In this document: positions 14,775 to 24,500 of the stretch, piece by piece
Position numbering within the stretch: position 1 is the first letter of the stretch
Layout: each line of letters opens with the position of its first letter
Source of the DNA: Candidatus Woesebacteria bacterium
GTDB lineage: Bacteria > Patescibacteriota > Microgenomatia > UBA1406 > GWC2-37-13
NCBI GenBank assembly: GCA_017993865.1
Contig: JAGOLU010000001.1
Span: 1 to 24,823 of the forward strand
Length of the DNA: 24,823 nt
Direction: 5' to 3'
Made by a program: the position numbers and the translations under genes
Notes under the pieces: model-generated
Told to the model about the DNA's origin: nothing
The model's database searches: none
What the model saw: the letters and a program-made list of their open reading frames with translations, nothing else

Positions 14775-17700
14775 ATGAGTATATTCGAGACTATCTCCGA
14801 CGGAGCACATTCAGCATTTGATAAAGCAAGATCTTTGTCTAGTAAGTTTCCGATACAGGCTGCCTTAGATCAAGCTAAATGTCTAACAGAGTACCTCCCT
14901 TGGAGGAAGGGGGCAGATCAAGATGGTGCCCCCGCCGAACCATCGTATGAAAACCCTCTCTTTGTGGAGTCAGGGACAGTATCTCTTGACGCAGCAGCTG
15001 CTGATGTGGAGGTGGTAGGGTACAGAAGATATGCAGATGATTTGCAAGAACAGCAAGAGACAGGCTTGAGAGATGATGGTGCGGCAATGGTGGAAACTGT
15101 CGCGCAGTGTAATAGCGGCCAAACCTTAGGAAGATCTTTCATTACAAGAGCCAGTGCTGAAGAGCGGGTGAATGTACACGCACAAGGGTTTATCGATGGA
15201 ATACGTACAGATCAAACATTAATTCCTCTCATTGAAACAGCCGCGAGAGTAGGAGACTTGCGACAACTAGAGGCGCAAGTGCAGGCACAACTTGATCCTG
15301 AGCTAAGCATGGAGTACCGGGCTCAAATGGTTAACGCAGTAACCGCGACACTGGATCAGGAATATATCGGACGGTTTAGAGGTGCTCTTGATCAGGGCAA
15401 TCCCCATCCTTCTGCACGAATCACCAATGTTACTTTGTCCGCTCGAGATTTTGTTAATGAACTATTGAAAGAGTTGGAGAGAATATCAAGTGCTCCAGAG
15501 AGAGAACTCGATGTAGAGATAGCGTCATCACCGACTGAGATACCCCCCGTGGGAGGTGACTCAGCAATGGAGGATGCCCTAGAAGATGAGGATGTAGATG
15601 CGGTCGTGGAGCAAAGTAAGCCCTCAACACCTCCAGAAGCTCCAGACTTGCGTACATGGATAAAAGGTAAATTAGCAGTTACGGGTTTGTCGGAGGAAAC
15701 TGCCCAAGATTTATGTACTCATCTACTCCACACTCTCGAGCAATGGGGTGTTGCTCAAAGATATCAGGAACAAGAATATGGAGCCGGTAGACATACGTCT
15801 ATAGCAAACCTGGTGGTCGCACGAGTGAGAGAACAATATACCGATATCCCCAATTTGCCTGATGTCTTGGGAGTGCATGCGCGCTTGATGGAGGTTGTTT
15901 CGATATTGCAAAGAGTGCAAGACACGGATCCTGAAGCTCGAGCTCAAATCGGCCACATATTTACAGAAAGGATTCATGCTCTCCTGGATGCACTTCCCGC
16001 AACAGACGGAGAATCCGATGTAGATACTGCTACCGCAGCAGAGAGAACGATGCTCGATGCAATTGAAGCACAAATTGCGATTTACGCTGATCCTGACGCC
16101 GACATAGATGTGGTACACGGCGCGATTGAGGAAGTCAGACGTTTGGTTGAACCTGATCAAACCGAGGATGAAGCAGAGCCAACACCTATGGAAACACCAG
16201 GAGCCACACCACTACCCACACGTATTATTGAGGCAGAATCAACACCAGAAAGAACTCAGACCTACTCAATGGATATGAACGTTACCGTTCCTATGGATCA
16301 TGAGCCAGAGCGCCAGGTCTTCGTTTTCAATGGATCTCCGTTGGTCGTTGATGGTTGTCAAGCATCTGTGCAAATATACGGTCAAAATACAGAACCTAGA
16401 GTAGATTTTAGATTCCAAGGTGGAAGTGATTGGACTCAATCACTCACTCCTTTGATAGAATTTGATTCAGCAACTCAGCCCAACGCGGTCCCGATACCTA
16501 TCGGCACAAGTGGGACACATGCATATAAGATGCACCTTGAGAGGGTTGGTCCAATAATGAGTTCGTCAAGTGGCGTAAGAGAACTAGGTTTTCGCGCTGT
16601 GTGTGAAGTAATACAAGTAGGTGGGGGTTTAGTGGAAGAGCCAGAAAGGACAACTGGTTCATTACCACCAGATCAATTCGCGCGTGTTGAGGCGGAAATA
16701 GCCTCTCTTGGCGCAACCGGAGAAACACTGCGAGGACCGCTCATGACAATTGCTAAGCTTGGGTGGCGTGGAACTTCAGAAGAGTTAGAGCTCATTCGAA
16801 GAGTCCAAGCTCTCGCGCAAAAGTCAAACATACCAATTGTGGGGCCGGGTGTAGCAGGGTTTGCGAGTATTTTAGAAGGAACGTTAAATATGCGAGAGGG
16901 GGAAACTTTTCGTGACAGATTAGCGATAATGAAACCACACGTAGCTGCGTGGCTTAAACATTATATCGAGGGCACAGTAGATCTAGCCACTCTTATTGCA
17001 GGAGCAGAGACAGGTGGGGCAATAGGAGAGCTGAGAGACATCGCTGCTAGGGGAGCTCTCTCTACAGAAGCAGCACGAGAACTACCAAGTCTAGTTATGA
17101 GAGCAATTGCAGAAAAACTATTGTCAGGAATTCCGGAAGAGGACTACAGTAGAGAAGCGGTGGCGCTTCATGCAGTGGCGCGCATATTGGTCGAAGCAAC
17201 AAAACCCGGAGCACCATTGGCAGATTTGAGTGAAGGGTTGACCATATCAAATGACAGTATCCTAACTCGACTCAGGAGCGACACAACTGCCCCAGCTCCA
17301 GTCTCCCCGGCTGCCCCTGTGCAACCACCTCAGACGCCCATTGCAGTACTACCCTCCACACCCATTCAAGAGACAGCTGCCCCACAAATAAGAGAACACG
17401 CGTTCCGAGTGAGGAGCGGTAGAGATCTTGTGGGTGAAATACAGCAAGGATTGAAGGAAGCCAAGGCAAATGAGGCACGTATCATCATCAGTCCGGATGT
17501 GTTTAAAGATTTTCTATTAAGTCTTCCCTTGCCAAGCGGGGCAAAAATAAATGAGGCTACGAATGTCTCGTTAACACTGGAAGGAGACAGACCCGTGCTC
17601 AGGCTTGAGGGGTCTTTTGCAGCACCGGGTGGCACCTCCAAGTTTGATATTGCGGTAGGTTCCGATGCTCAAGGAAGACTAGTTGTCCTGAGAGATCCAG

Positions 17701-17873
17701 AATTCAATTTCGCATTATTACATAAAGCGTTTAGCAAACTAATAAGAGAGAAGCTATCTAACCTATCTACCTTGTTGGAGCAAAACGTTGGCGAAAAGGT
17801 TGGTAATGGTTGGTCACTTTCGCGTACGGACGTTGAAAGCAGTCAGTTATCTCTTTCCTTGAAGCGAAATTAG
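14775..17873 (+). CDS. Large acidic multidomain hypothetical protein, 1032 aa (helical blocks, Pro/Glu linkers, central beta domain, C-terminal alpha/beta domain)
   Basis: Long ORF; no signal peptide or TM segment. Pro-rich linker about 17281-17395 precedes a 158-aa terminal domain. Confidence 0.85.
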   Translation: MSIFETISDGAHSAFDKARSLSSKFPIQAALDQAKCLTEYLPWRKGADQDGAPAEPSYENPLFVESGTVSLDAAAADVEVVGYRRYADDLQEQQETGLRDDGAAMVETVAQCNSGQTLGRSFITRASAEERVNVHAQGFIDGIRTDQTLIPLIETAARVGDLRQLEAQVQAQLDPELSMEYRAQMVNAVTATLDQEYIGRFRGALDQGNPHPSARITNVTLSARDFVNELLKELERISSAPERELDVEIASSPTEIPPVGGDSAMEDALEDEDVDAVVEQSKPSTPPEAPDLRTWIKGKLAVTGLSEETAQDLCTHLLHTLEQWGVAQRYQEQEYGAGRHTSIANLVVARVREQYTDIPNLPDVLGVHARLMEVVSILQRVQDTDPEARAQIGHIFTERIHALLDALPATDGESDVDTATAAERTMLDAIEAQIAIYADPDADIDVVHGAIEEVRRLVEPDQTEDEAEPTPMETPGATPLPTRIIEAESTPERTQTYSMDMNVTVPMDHEPERQVFVFNGSPLVVDGCQASVQIYGQNTEPRVDFRFQGGSDWTQSLTPLIEFDSATQPNAVPIPIGTSGTHAYKMHLERVGPIMSSSSGVRELGFRAVCEVIQVGGGLVEEPERTTGSLPPDQFARVEAEIASLGATGETLRGPLMTIAKLGWRGTSEELELIRRVQALAQKSNIPIVGPGVAGFASILEGTLNMREGETFRDRLAIMKPHVAAWLKHYIEGTVDLATLIAGAETGGAIGELRDIAARGALSTEAARELPSLVMRAIAEKLLSGIPEEDYSREAVALHAVARILVEATKPGAPLADLSEGLTISNDSILTRLRSDTTAPAPVSPAAPVQPPQTPIAVLPSTPIQETAAPQIREHAFRVRSGRDLVGEIQQGLKEAKANEARIIISPDVFKDFLLSLPLPSGAKINEATNVSLTLEGDRPVLRLEGSFAAPGGTSKFDIAVGSDAQGRLVVLRDPEFNFALLHKAFSKLIREKLSNLSTLLEQNVGEKVGNGWSLSRTDVESSQLSLSLKRN

Positions 17874-17882
17874 TCACCCCCA

Positions 17883-17911
17883 TTGACTTACTCTTCATAA
17901 TTCAGTAGCAT
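17883..17911 (+). promoter_or_regulatory. Sigma70 promoter, likely leaderless
   Basis: TTGACT (17883-17888), 17 nt, TAGCAT (17906-17911), 5 nt, ATG 17917. Confidence 0.6.
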
Positions 17912-17916
17912 AAGGT

Positions 17917-19674
17917 ATGCCACTTCAACTGGTCTGGATTGGACTCAAACGGTATCTCGACACTGGACGAAAAATCTTCTTTGTTGGCGTAACATTCCTT
18001 GCAATATTTTATCTCTTCTTTGCGCTCGTTAATGTCGATAATAAACGGAACTCTACGGGGCCTACTGCAGCCCAAATCGAGGAAGCGCGCCGGCTCAAAT
18101 TGTATGACACATACGATGTTAAAAATGATCCAAAAGATGATGAAGAAGGCGTGCTTGTTCGTGAGTTAACACGTGGATTTTTATGCTCCACCACCGGCGA
18201 GCTTTGCACAGGAAACCCTGCAGAAGCATATAAATATAAAGAGCAGTCTTTGGCATACAAAGCATCAGGGATAATCGCGGAACCACTCAGACATCCCCCC
18301 TCCTCATTTTACTACTGGGCACGAGGGACTCTGGAGAACGCAGGATTTGTACCCAAAACCTATGCACAAGGCATTGGATTTGCAGCGCTCACCAGCTTTC
18401 AACCCATTTGGAAAGTATTCCGTAATCTTGCGTATCTTGTGATCGTTGTGGTGATTATGGTTGTGGGGTTTATGGTGATGTTTAAGGTGGGCGGCGGCGG
18501 CAAAAATGCCGTCACTCTTGAGTCGGCGCTTCCCAAACTAGTCATTGCACTCCTTGCGATATCAATGTCGTATGCACTTGCGGGGTTTTTGATAGATGTG
18601 ATGTATATGGTTATTGCATTGGTGATCAACATGCTCGGGCCTATATCAGGCATGGATCCTGCTACCCAAACCAAGATGATGGGAAGTGTGATGACTGGTT
18701 CCCCAACAGACTTGTTCTTTATGCTTATGGGCAACATTGGTCAATCAGATGGAAATTATTACAATCTTGCCGGCTCACTTTACAGTCTTGTGCCGGGGTA
18801 TATGCAAACAGTTATTAACGCAGTTGTGAATAATCTTGTAATCGGAGGGCTTGGGGAATGGAAAACTCAGAAAACTCCAGACATCAGCACTACACCAGGA
18901 AGTAATGTGAAAAATGTAGCTACATTCATGGGACGAGCATTCACATTAGTATCGAGAAAAATTTGGGGCCTCAGATCTCTGACTGATAGACTCGGCGATT
19001 CGGGTAGTGGTCCTGTTCCTGTAAGCACCATCGCAAACATAATTTATATTATTTTTGGATATATTGTAGGAGCACTTATCGGAACAGTAATGGTTAAAGT
19101 TGCCATCATGTTCATTCTTATACTAGGTATGATTGTGATATTTTTCCGCTTATTCTTTATGCTTATCATGAACTATGTAGACATAATTTTATCGATACTC
19201 ATCGCGCCATTGTCGTTGATGCTTGAAGCTATTCCAGGGCAAAATGCGTTTGTCAACTGGATACGAGGGCTTGCGGTTAACCTTGGAGTGTATCCGATTG
19301 TTTTGGTAGTAATTCTGATAGCGCGTGCAATTATGGATACCGGAGGCACGATATCACCTATGTGGTCTCCTCCGTTTGTGTCTACCATCACCGATCAGAC
19401 AAGCTTGCAAACTCTCATTAGTGCAGTTCTGGTCTTCTCTTTGCCCAGTATCATAAAAACATATAAACAAAAGCTCAAGCCGGCGTCGATCACAGACTCT
19501 ATGGGAATAGGGCTCGGGTCGCTCTTTGTGGGTGCCTCGCCGATACTTCGTGGTTCTTCGACAGTAATGGGTGCTTCTGGAATTACAACAGCTATGGCGA
19601 AACGAGTGACCGCGCCTCTGCAGACACTCTTTAAAGACCAAATGCAACAGACAGTAAAAATAGCGAACCCATGA
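17917..19674 (+). CDS. Polytopic membrane protein, VirB6/TrbL-like (CPR type), 585 aa
   Basis: Motif IWKVFRNLAYLVIVVVIMVVGFMVMF...ALPKLVIALLAISMSYALAGFLID and a second TM block (FFRLFFMLIMNYVDIILSILIAPL...AFVNWIRGLAVNLGVYP) resemble VirB6-like proteins. Recognised by eye only. Confidence 0.6.
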   Translation: MPLQLVWIGLKRYLDTGRKIFFVGVTFLAIFYLFFALVNVDNKRNSTGPTAAQIEEARRLKLYDTYDVKNDPKDDEEGVLVRELTRGFLCSTTGELCTGNPAEAYKYKEQSLAYKASGIIAEPLRHPPSSFYYWARGTLENAGFVPKTYAQGIGFAALTSFQPIWKVFRNLAYLVIVVVIMVVGFMVMFKVGGGGKNAVTLESALPKLVIALLAISMSYALAGFLIDVMYMVIALVINMLGPISGMDPATQTKMMGSVMTGSPTDLFFMLMGNIGQSDGNYYNLAGSLYSLVPGYMQTVINAVVNNLVIGGLGEWKTQKTPDISTTPGSNVKNVATFMGRAFTLVSRKIWGLRSLTDRLGDSGSGPVPVSTIANIIYIIFGYIVGALIGTVMVKVAIMFILILGMIVIFFRLFFMLIMNYVDIILSILIAPLSLMLEAIPGQNAFVNWIRGLAVNLGVYPIVLVVILIARAIMDTGGTISPMWSPPFVSTITDQTSLQTLISAVLVFSLPSIIKTYKQKLKPASITDSMGIGLGSLFVGASPILRGSSTVMGASGITTAMAKRVTAPLQTLFKDQMQQTVKIANP

Positions 19675-19681
19675 GTGCGAG

Positions 19682-19747
19682 CTTCCTAGGAAGTAGGAGA
19701 TTGATAGAGCAGTTGTCTATCATAATGCGTCAGCATCACAGATGTTG
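19682..19747. terminator. Three short hairpins between convergent genes (possible weak bidirectional terminator)
   Basis: CTTCC-TA-GGAAG (19682-19693); TGATAGA/TCTATCA (19702-19722); CAGCATC/GATGTTG (19731-19747). No U-tract. Confidence 0.3.
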
Positions 19748-19772
19748 CAGTAATAACATATAGGCATGCGTC

Positions 19773-21542
19773 TTATCCCAACCCATATATCCGTAGTAGG
19801 TTTACTCCCACAAACCTGAGGAGGAAGATAGAGAAGAGGATGATGAGCAAACCAACAACACACTGTGTGATAAGTTTCTGTGCCTTTTGGACTTTAGCGG
19901 ACTCGCCAGCGCTCAGCTGGAATTGGATTGCCCCATAGATAATACAAAGGATCGAGAATGCCCCAGCGAAAGTGATACCCCACCCAAGCACTCCCTCCGC
20001 AAGGAACCGCTCGACCTTATCCATAGGCATACAGCCAAGGGCAGATGGATACCCACCGTACAACGCACACGATAAACATCCGATGTATTGGCGCACAAAA
20101 GGATTCTTTTTAAACGTATCTAGTTCGGCATTTGTGATGGGTGGGGGATTCAAAGGTATGGAATGAACACCAAAGAACCTGACCATAAATATCTCAGGTA
20201 TGTATACATTCGAGGAAATCCGTTTGAGGTTATCTGCCCAATACCGTACCTCATCTGAGTTAAAGAAGCCATCTATTTCTGACTTTATTCCTTGTTGAAA
20301 TTGATCAATAGTATCTGTATCAGTAATACCTCCGAAAAGGAGTTTAGCAAATCTTTGCGAGCCATTTCCATTCTCATCTGGGGCTGGTAACAGAGCTCGC
20401 CATTGGGCTCCGCCCGTATTCCCATCTTCAATCCCCGCGATGAATCGGGTACACAACAATACTGCTGCGGTGCCGGGTCCTGAATTTACATCAACACATT
20501 TACATTTGGTTGGATCAAGCCCAGAGATAGATCCATCGGCATTAAACGTAAGTGCTCCGGGGTCGAGGAATTGAGGAGTCCCATCATTACAAAGTAGGGT
20601 TACATCAGGGAGATTATTTTGGTTTGTTACGAGCCTATTTAATGAAGCTATACCATTATAGAGTGGGGTTAAGAATGCATTTCCAATTTTGCAGCCTAAA
20701 TTTTTAAGCGGACCATTTCCGGCCGCAGTGCCTTCGCCTTTGCGAGGATCTACAGGCTTTCTACTACCCATATCAAAACCGTTGATATGGTAGTGTAATA
20801 AGCCAAAATTTCCTGCAACATTTGAGTTGATGAAATATCTGCGAGTAAGGTAGGTTGGTAGGGCAGGATCATCATCTACGGTAAAGTACCATGTGATATT
20901 TAGTTTTATTTCATTTAAGACTGGTGGATCAACGGTCACTTGAAATGTTTCCTCAATTATGGGCATTCCTCCCACTGATCCATTAGAATCATCTGTGGGC
21001 AAAACGCCGTTTCTATCAAGATACTCGACTAGAGTTTGTTCTTCTGGTGGGTCTCCAGGTACCAAAGCCGGCACTGGAGGAACGATTAAGACCCTTTCTC
21101 CACTGGGAGAAAGAACGTCTTCATCGACGTTACAGTTTTTTGGCTTAAAATTAAGGACGGTATTAGGAATTCCACTATCGGTGCCAAGTTTGCTGCGTGA
21201 TATTGCCCCAGGATCTTTACAATCACCTCCGTATGAACCAGGGTTAGGTATCACACAACAACGCCTCGTATTTTTTCCGTTTACATCGGGATCACATTGG
21301 ATGCCATCTGCACACTTCATATATTCTGTTCCAGGTATTATTTGCCCAGTGGCCGGGTCTGCAAATGCCTGACATGCTGTTCTTAGCCCTTCGATCAGGT
21401 TTGGTGCACAGTCTGCATCACTCGCCTGGACAACATGAGTGGTTGGGAATGTCACAAGAGACAGCAGAAATACTACCGTGAGAGCAAATCGTAGAAAATA
21501 AACAAGCCTGGCTCGAGTAGATTTCTGAACATCTATCATCAT
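19773..21542 (-). CDS. Exported Cys-rich protein with C-terminal VirB2/TrbC-like pilin domain, 589 aa
   Basis: Signal peptide ending VVQA; 16 Cys before the terminal hairpin. C-terminus ALGCMP...QFQLSAGESAKVQKAQKLITQCVVGLLIILFS matches the pattern of the two small pilins. Confidence 0.75.
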   Translation of the reverse strand: MMIDVQKSTRARLVYFLRFALTVVFLLSLVTFPTTHVVQASDADCAPNLIEGLRTACQAFADPATGQIIPGTEYMKCADGIQCDPDVNGKNTRRCCVIPNPGSYGGDCKDPGAISRSKLGTDSGIPNTVLNFKPKNCNVDEDVLSPSGERVLIVPPVPALVPGDPPEEQTLVEYLDRNGVLPTDDSNGSVGGMPIIEETFQVTVDPPVLNEIKLNITWYFTVDDDPALPTYLTRRYFINSNVAGNFGLLHYHINGFDMGSRKPVDPRKGEGTAAGNGPLKNLGCKIGNAFLTPLYNGIASLNRLVTNQNNLPDVTLLCNDGTPQFLDPGALTFNADGSISGLDPTKCKCVDVNSGPGTAAVLLCTRFIAGIEDGNTGGAQWRALLPAPDENGNGSQRFAKLLFGGITDTDTIDQFQQGIKSEIDGFFNSDEVRYWADNLKRISSNVYIPEIFMVRFFGVHSIPLNPPPITNAELDTFKKNPFVRQYIGCLSCALYGGYPSALGCMPMDKVERFLAEGVLGWGITFAGAFSILCIIYGAIQFQLSAGESAKVQKAQKLITQCVVGLLIILFSIFLLRFVGVNLLRIYGLG

Positions 21543-21548
21543 CCGTTC

Positions 21549-21557
21549 ATAATATCA
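21549..21557 (-). promoter_or_regulatory. Extended -10 promoter (TG-a-TATTAT), likely leaderless
   Basis: TATTAT ends 6 nt before ATG 21542. Confidence 0.5.
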
Positions 21558-21581
21558 GAATACCGTATATTTGTATAGACA

Positions 21582-24500
21582 TCACTTTTTACTTGTCGCC
21601 TTTTTGGCTGCGTCGGTGACATACGACACAAGTGCGAAAGCAAGAATATATGTTAGGTATTCAGGGATAAGTTCTTGTGCCACATGGAACCAACTGGCCT
21701 GGAAAAAGCTCGCAAACCCTTCAAGCTGTGCGGGGTTAATGCCGCCTGTTTTGGATATTTGCAGCAGGAACTGTCGTATTGTCACTGCATCCATACCTTT
21801 GTGCTCAAAGTTTGTCCACGCTTTTGAGAACAACGATTGTCCTTCTTTGTCAAACATCGTCTTCCACCGACCAAGCGCATTGCGTACTTCTTGTTTGTTC
21901 GCGAGTCCACTGAGTTGCATTTTGGTTAGGCCGAGCACGACAGGCATAAATATTTCGGGATTCCCGATTTCATCACTGGATATTTTTCGGAAATTCGTGC
22001 CGAGCGACTTGAGCTTACCCCATGTTTCGGGTGTACCTTTGCGTGCTGCGGCTTTGAGCATGAGGAGCATGTTGCTATCTGCTCCCTCTGGTGCGCGGGC
22101 GTCCAATATAAGCTTGTATTGCTCCGCAACACTACACTCTCCGGTAGAGCGGTAGACCATCGTGTCATCTCCGTTCAAGAATATTTTATGTACTTCACTA
22201 TTGTCTGCCATGAAGGGGATAGCTCCCAAAAACCCTTCATCCCACATGCGTCGTAGCCAACGCGCACGATTGATGCGTTTTTCATAATTTGCAAGATAGC
22301 GTTCTGCAGCTACTCTTTCTTCTCCCGAAAGCCCTGACTTTATTGTGCCATCTTGGTTTAGATACTTTCTTCTCAGCAAATGTTCTGTTTCTTTTTTCTT
22401 ATCTCCTTCTTCTCCGGTGGTATTTATGTCAGGTGCCGCCCCCATCTCGGCGATGATGTCTTTGCGCAGCAGTACTGCACGTTGTATCCGCAGCCCCAAC
22501 ATCTTTTTACTCTCACTTCCCGGTCCTGATGCACTGAGCAGATCGTGCAACACTTGTTGTGCAGGCACCTTACCCTCCAAAATCTGCTGTGCGGTTTCGG
22601 GTTGATATTTTTTGACCATGACTCGGATGAGTGTTTCGTCGTCCATGACATACCCACGTCCACCATTCACGCTACTTCTGGTCTGATCCCAATTGTCTCC
22701 ATAGATATTGAGCCCATCGGTGCTTTTTTCCCACAATTTACGTTTCTGGAGGATTTCTTCATCAATTTCTCCTCGGAGTTCTCCTTGGACATACGCCAAA
22801 TCATCGGTAACCTGGTCCCAAATCTCATCTTTTGCCGCTTGACGTTCGTCTGATCTAGTAGAGCCGAGTTTATTGCTTAATTTTGCATCAAGGCTTGCTT
22901 GAATACGGAGTGTTTCTGCAAACGATCCCGTGCGCTTATTCGAGTCGCTGGCCTCATCAAAATATTTGTTTTTTATCTGTGTGCTCAATCGGAGTCCGTT
23001 CTGTTCATCTTGGTTACGCAACCGATACAAAAACTCGACAGGGGAGCGCTCTGCAATAACCACAAGCATGGCGTCGTACATCATTGGTTTGAGAAGCTGT
23101 CTCTTGAGGTTTGTAACTGCGATACCACCCACCTTTCGATCTTTAGCATTTTTACCAGATTCTTGTTTAACTGCACCCTGATAAATTTCGGCGGCGCGCG
23201 CATGGAAAAGCCGAATAAATTCTTCTTTCGATTGTGCTCGTCCAGTTTCGGAACCAAACATATTGCTGTTGTGCATTTTCTCGGTAAACTTAAACGGATC
23301 TAAGTTGGTAGGACCTTTGTTAAGATTGCCAAACAGATAATTGTGCGGGAGAAATTTGCCAAACTCATGCTGATCATTCAGATACCGCGTGTAGAGATAG
23401 TCAATGAAGTTGTTTACTGACTCTTTGTTATTTAGATTACCTTCTTTGTCGTAGTCGATCATTTCAGCTATATTCTCATCTGCGAATGCATTAATTTCAT
23501 TGACTCCCACATTTTCTACTGACTTCCAAATACGAGTGAGACCATCAACCTTTTTGGTAGACTGACCAGTTTCGTCAATCACCGTATATTCAGCATGAAA
23601 TTGAGGTTGGCCGCCCCCCATGAGCCTGGTATAAAGCTGCTTGTCAATAACGCCCATATTCGCCATGCGTCGCCACCCACGCAGCGTATCGTAACCACCT
23701 GCTTTAAGCCTATTGATAGGAGCAAACATTTCGGGCAAATCTCCACGGAAATGCTCAGTCATATCCCACGCAAGACGACCCTGTGACTCGTGTTTTTGGT
23801 CATCAAAGACTTTATATCCTTCTTTTCCTGCGGCAAAGGGGTCCCACTTACCTTGTTGGTTGAAACCTGGCATGTTATACATAGGCTGCCAGTACGCGCC
23901 TTTCAAAAACAAATCATGATCCCATGTTGAGGGGAAACGCATCGCTCTTTGGAACGGCGCAAAAACGTTGTTAAACATTTGTTTATCATCCGCTTGTCCT
24001 TGGTAGCCGCGGGTTGGGTTCGCGTATGAAAATATCTGTTGAAATCTAAATCTTCCGGCAAAGACGATGGTGAACGCATGTTGCAAGACTCTTCGGCGTT
24101 GCCAGTCGGGGAGATGAGGGTAATTTTCCTCCAAAAACTCTTGTACCTGGAGAACAAGAGTTCTGCCTCCTGCACCTCGATTTAGGAAGATTTCATTAAA
24201 GAATTTTCCCTCGTCTTCGTTTATCCATCCTTTTTCACCCATGCGCTTTTTCAAAATAGTTTCGATAAAGGACGCTGCGCGGGTAATATAGGTGTTATCT
24301 TCCATCGAATAAATGCGATCCATGTTACGTGAGGTCATGGCAGTTTTGAGATGTTCACCAATGCTTTGGAAGAACTTCTTTTGTGCATCAGGAGAACCCA
24401 TGTGTGAGAGGTAGCGGTATTGATGGCCTGCCTCAAAAAATCCGTCATCTGCGTTGATTTCTTCTTTCAACTCGTTCAGGAAATCATACATAGATTTCCC

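Noticed and set aside
21571-22155. 194-aa antisense ORF and the other short overlapping track ORFs
   Set aside because: All are nested opposite or out of frame within longer well-supported genes, with no motifs or promoters.
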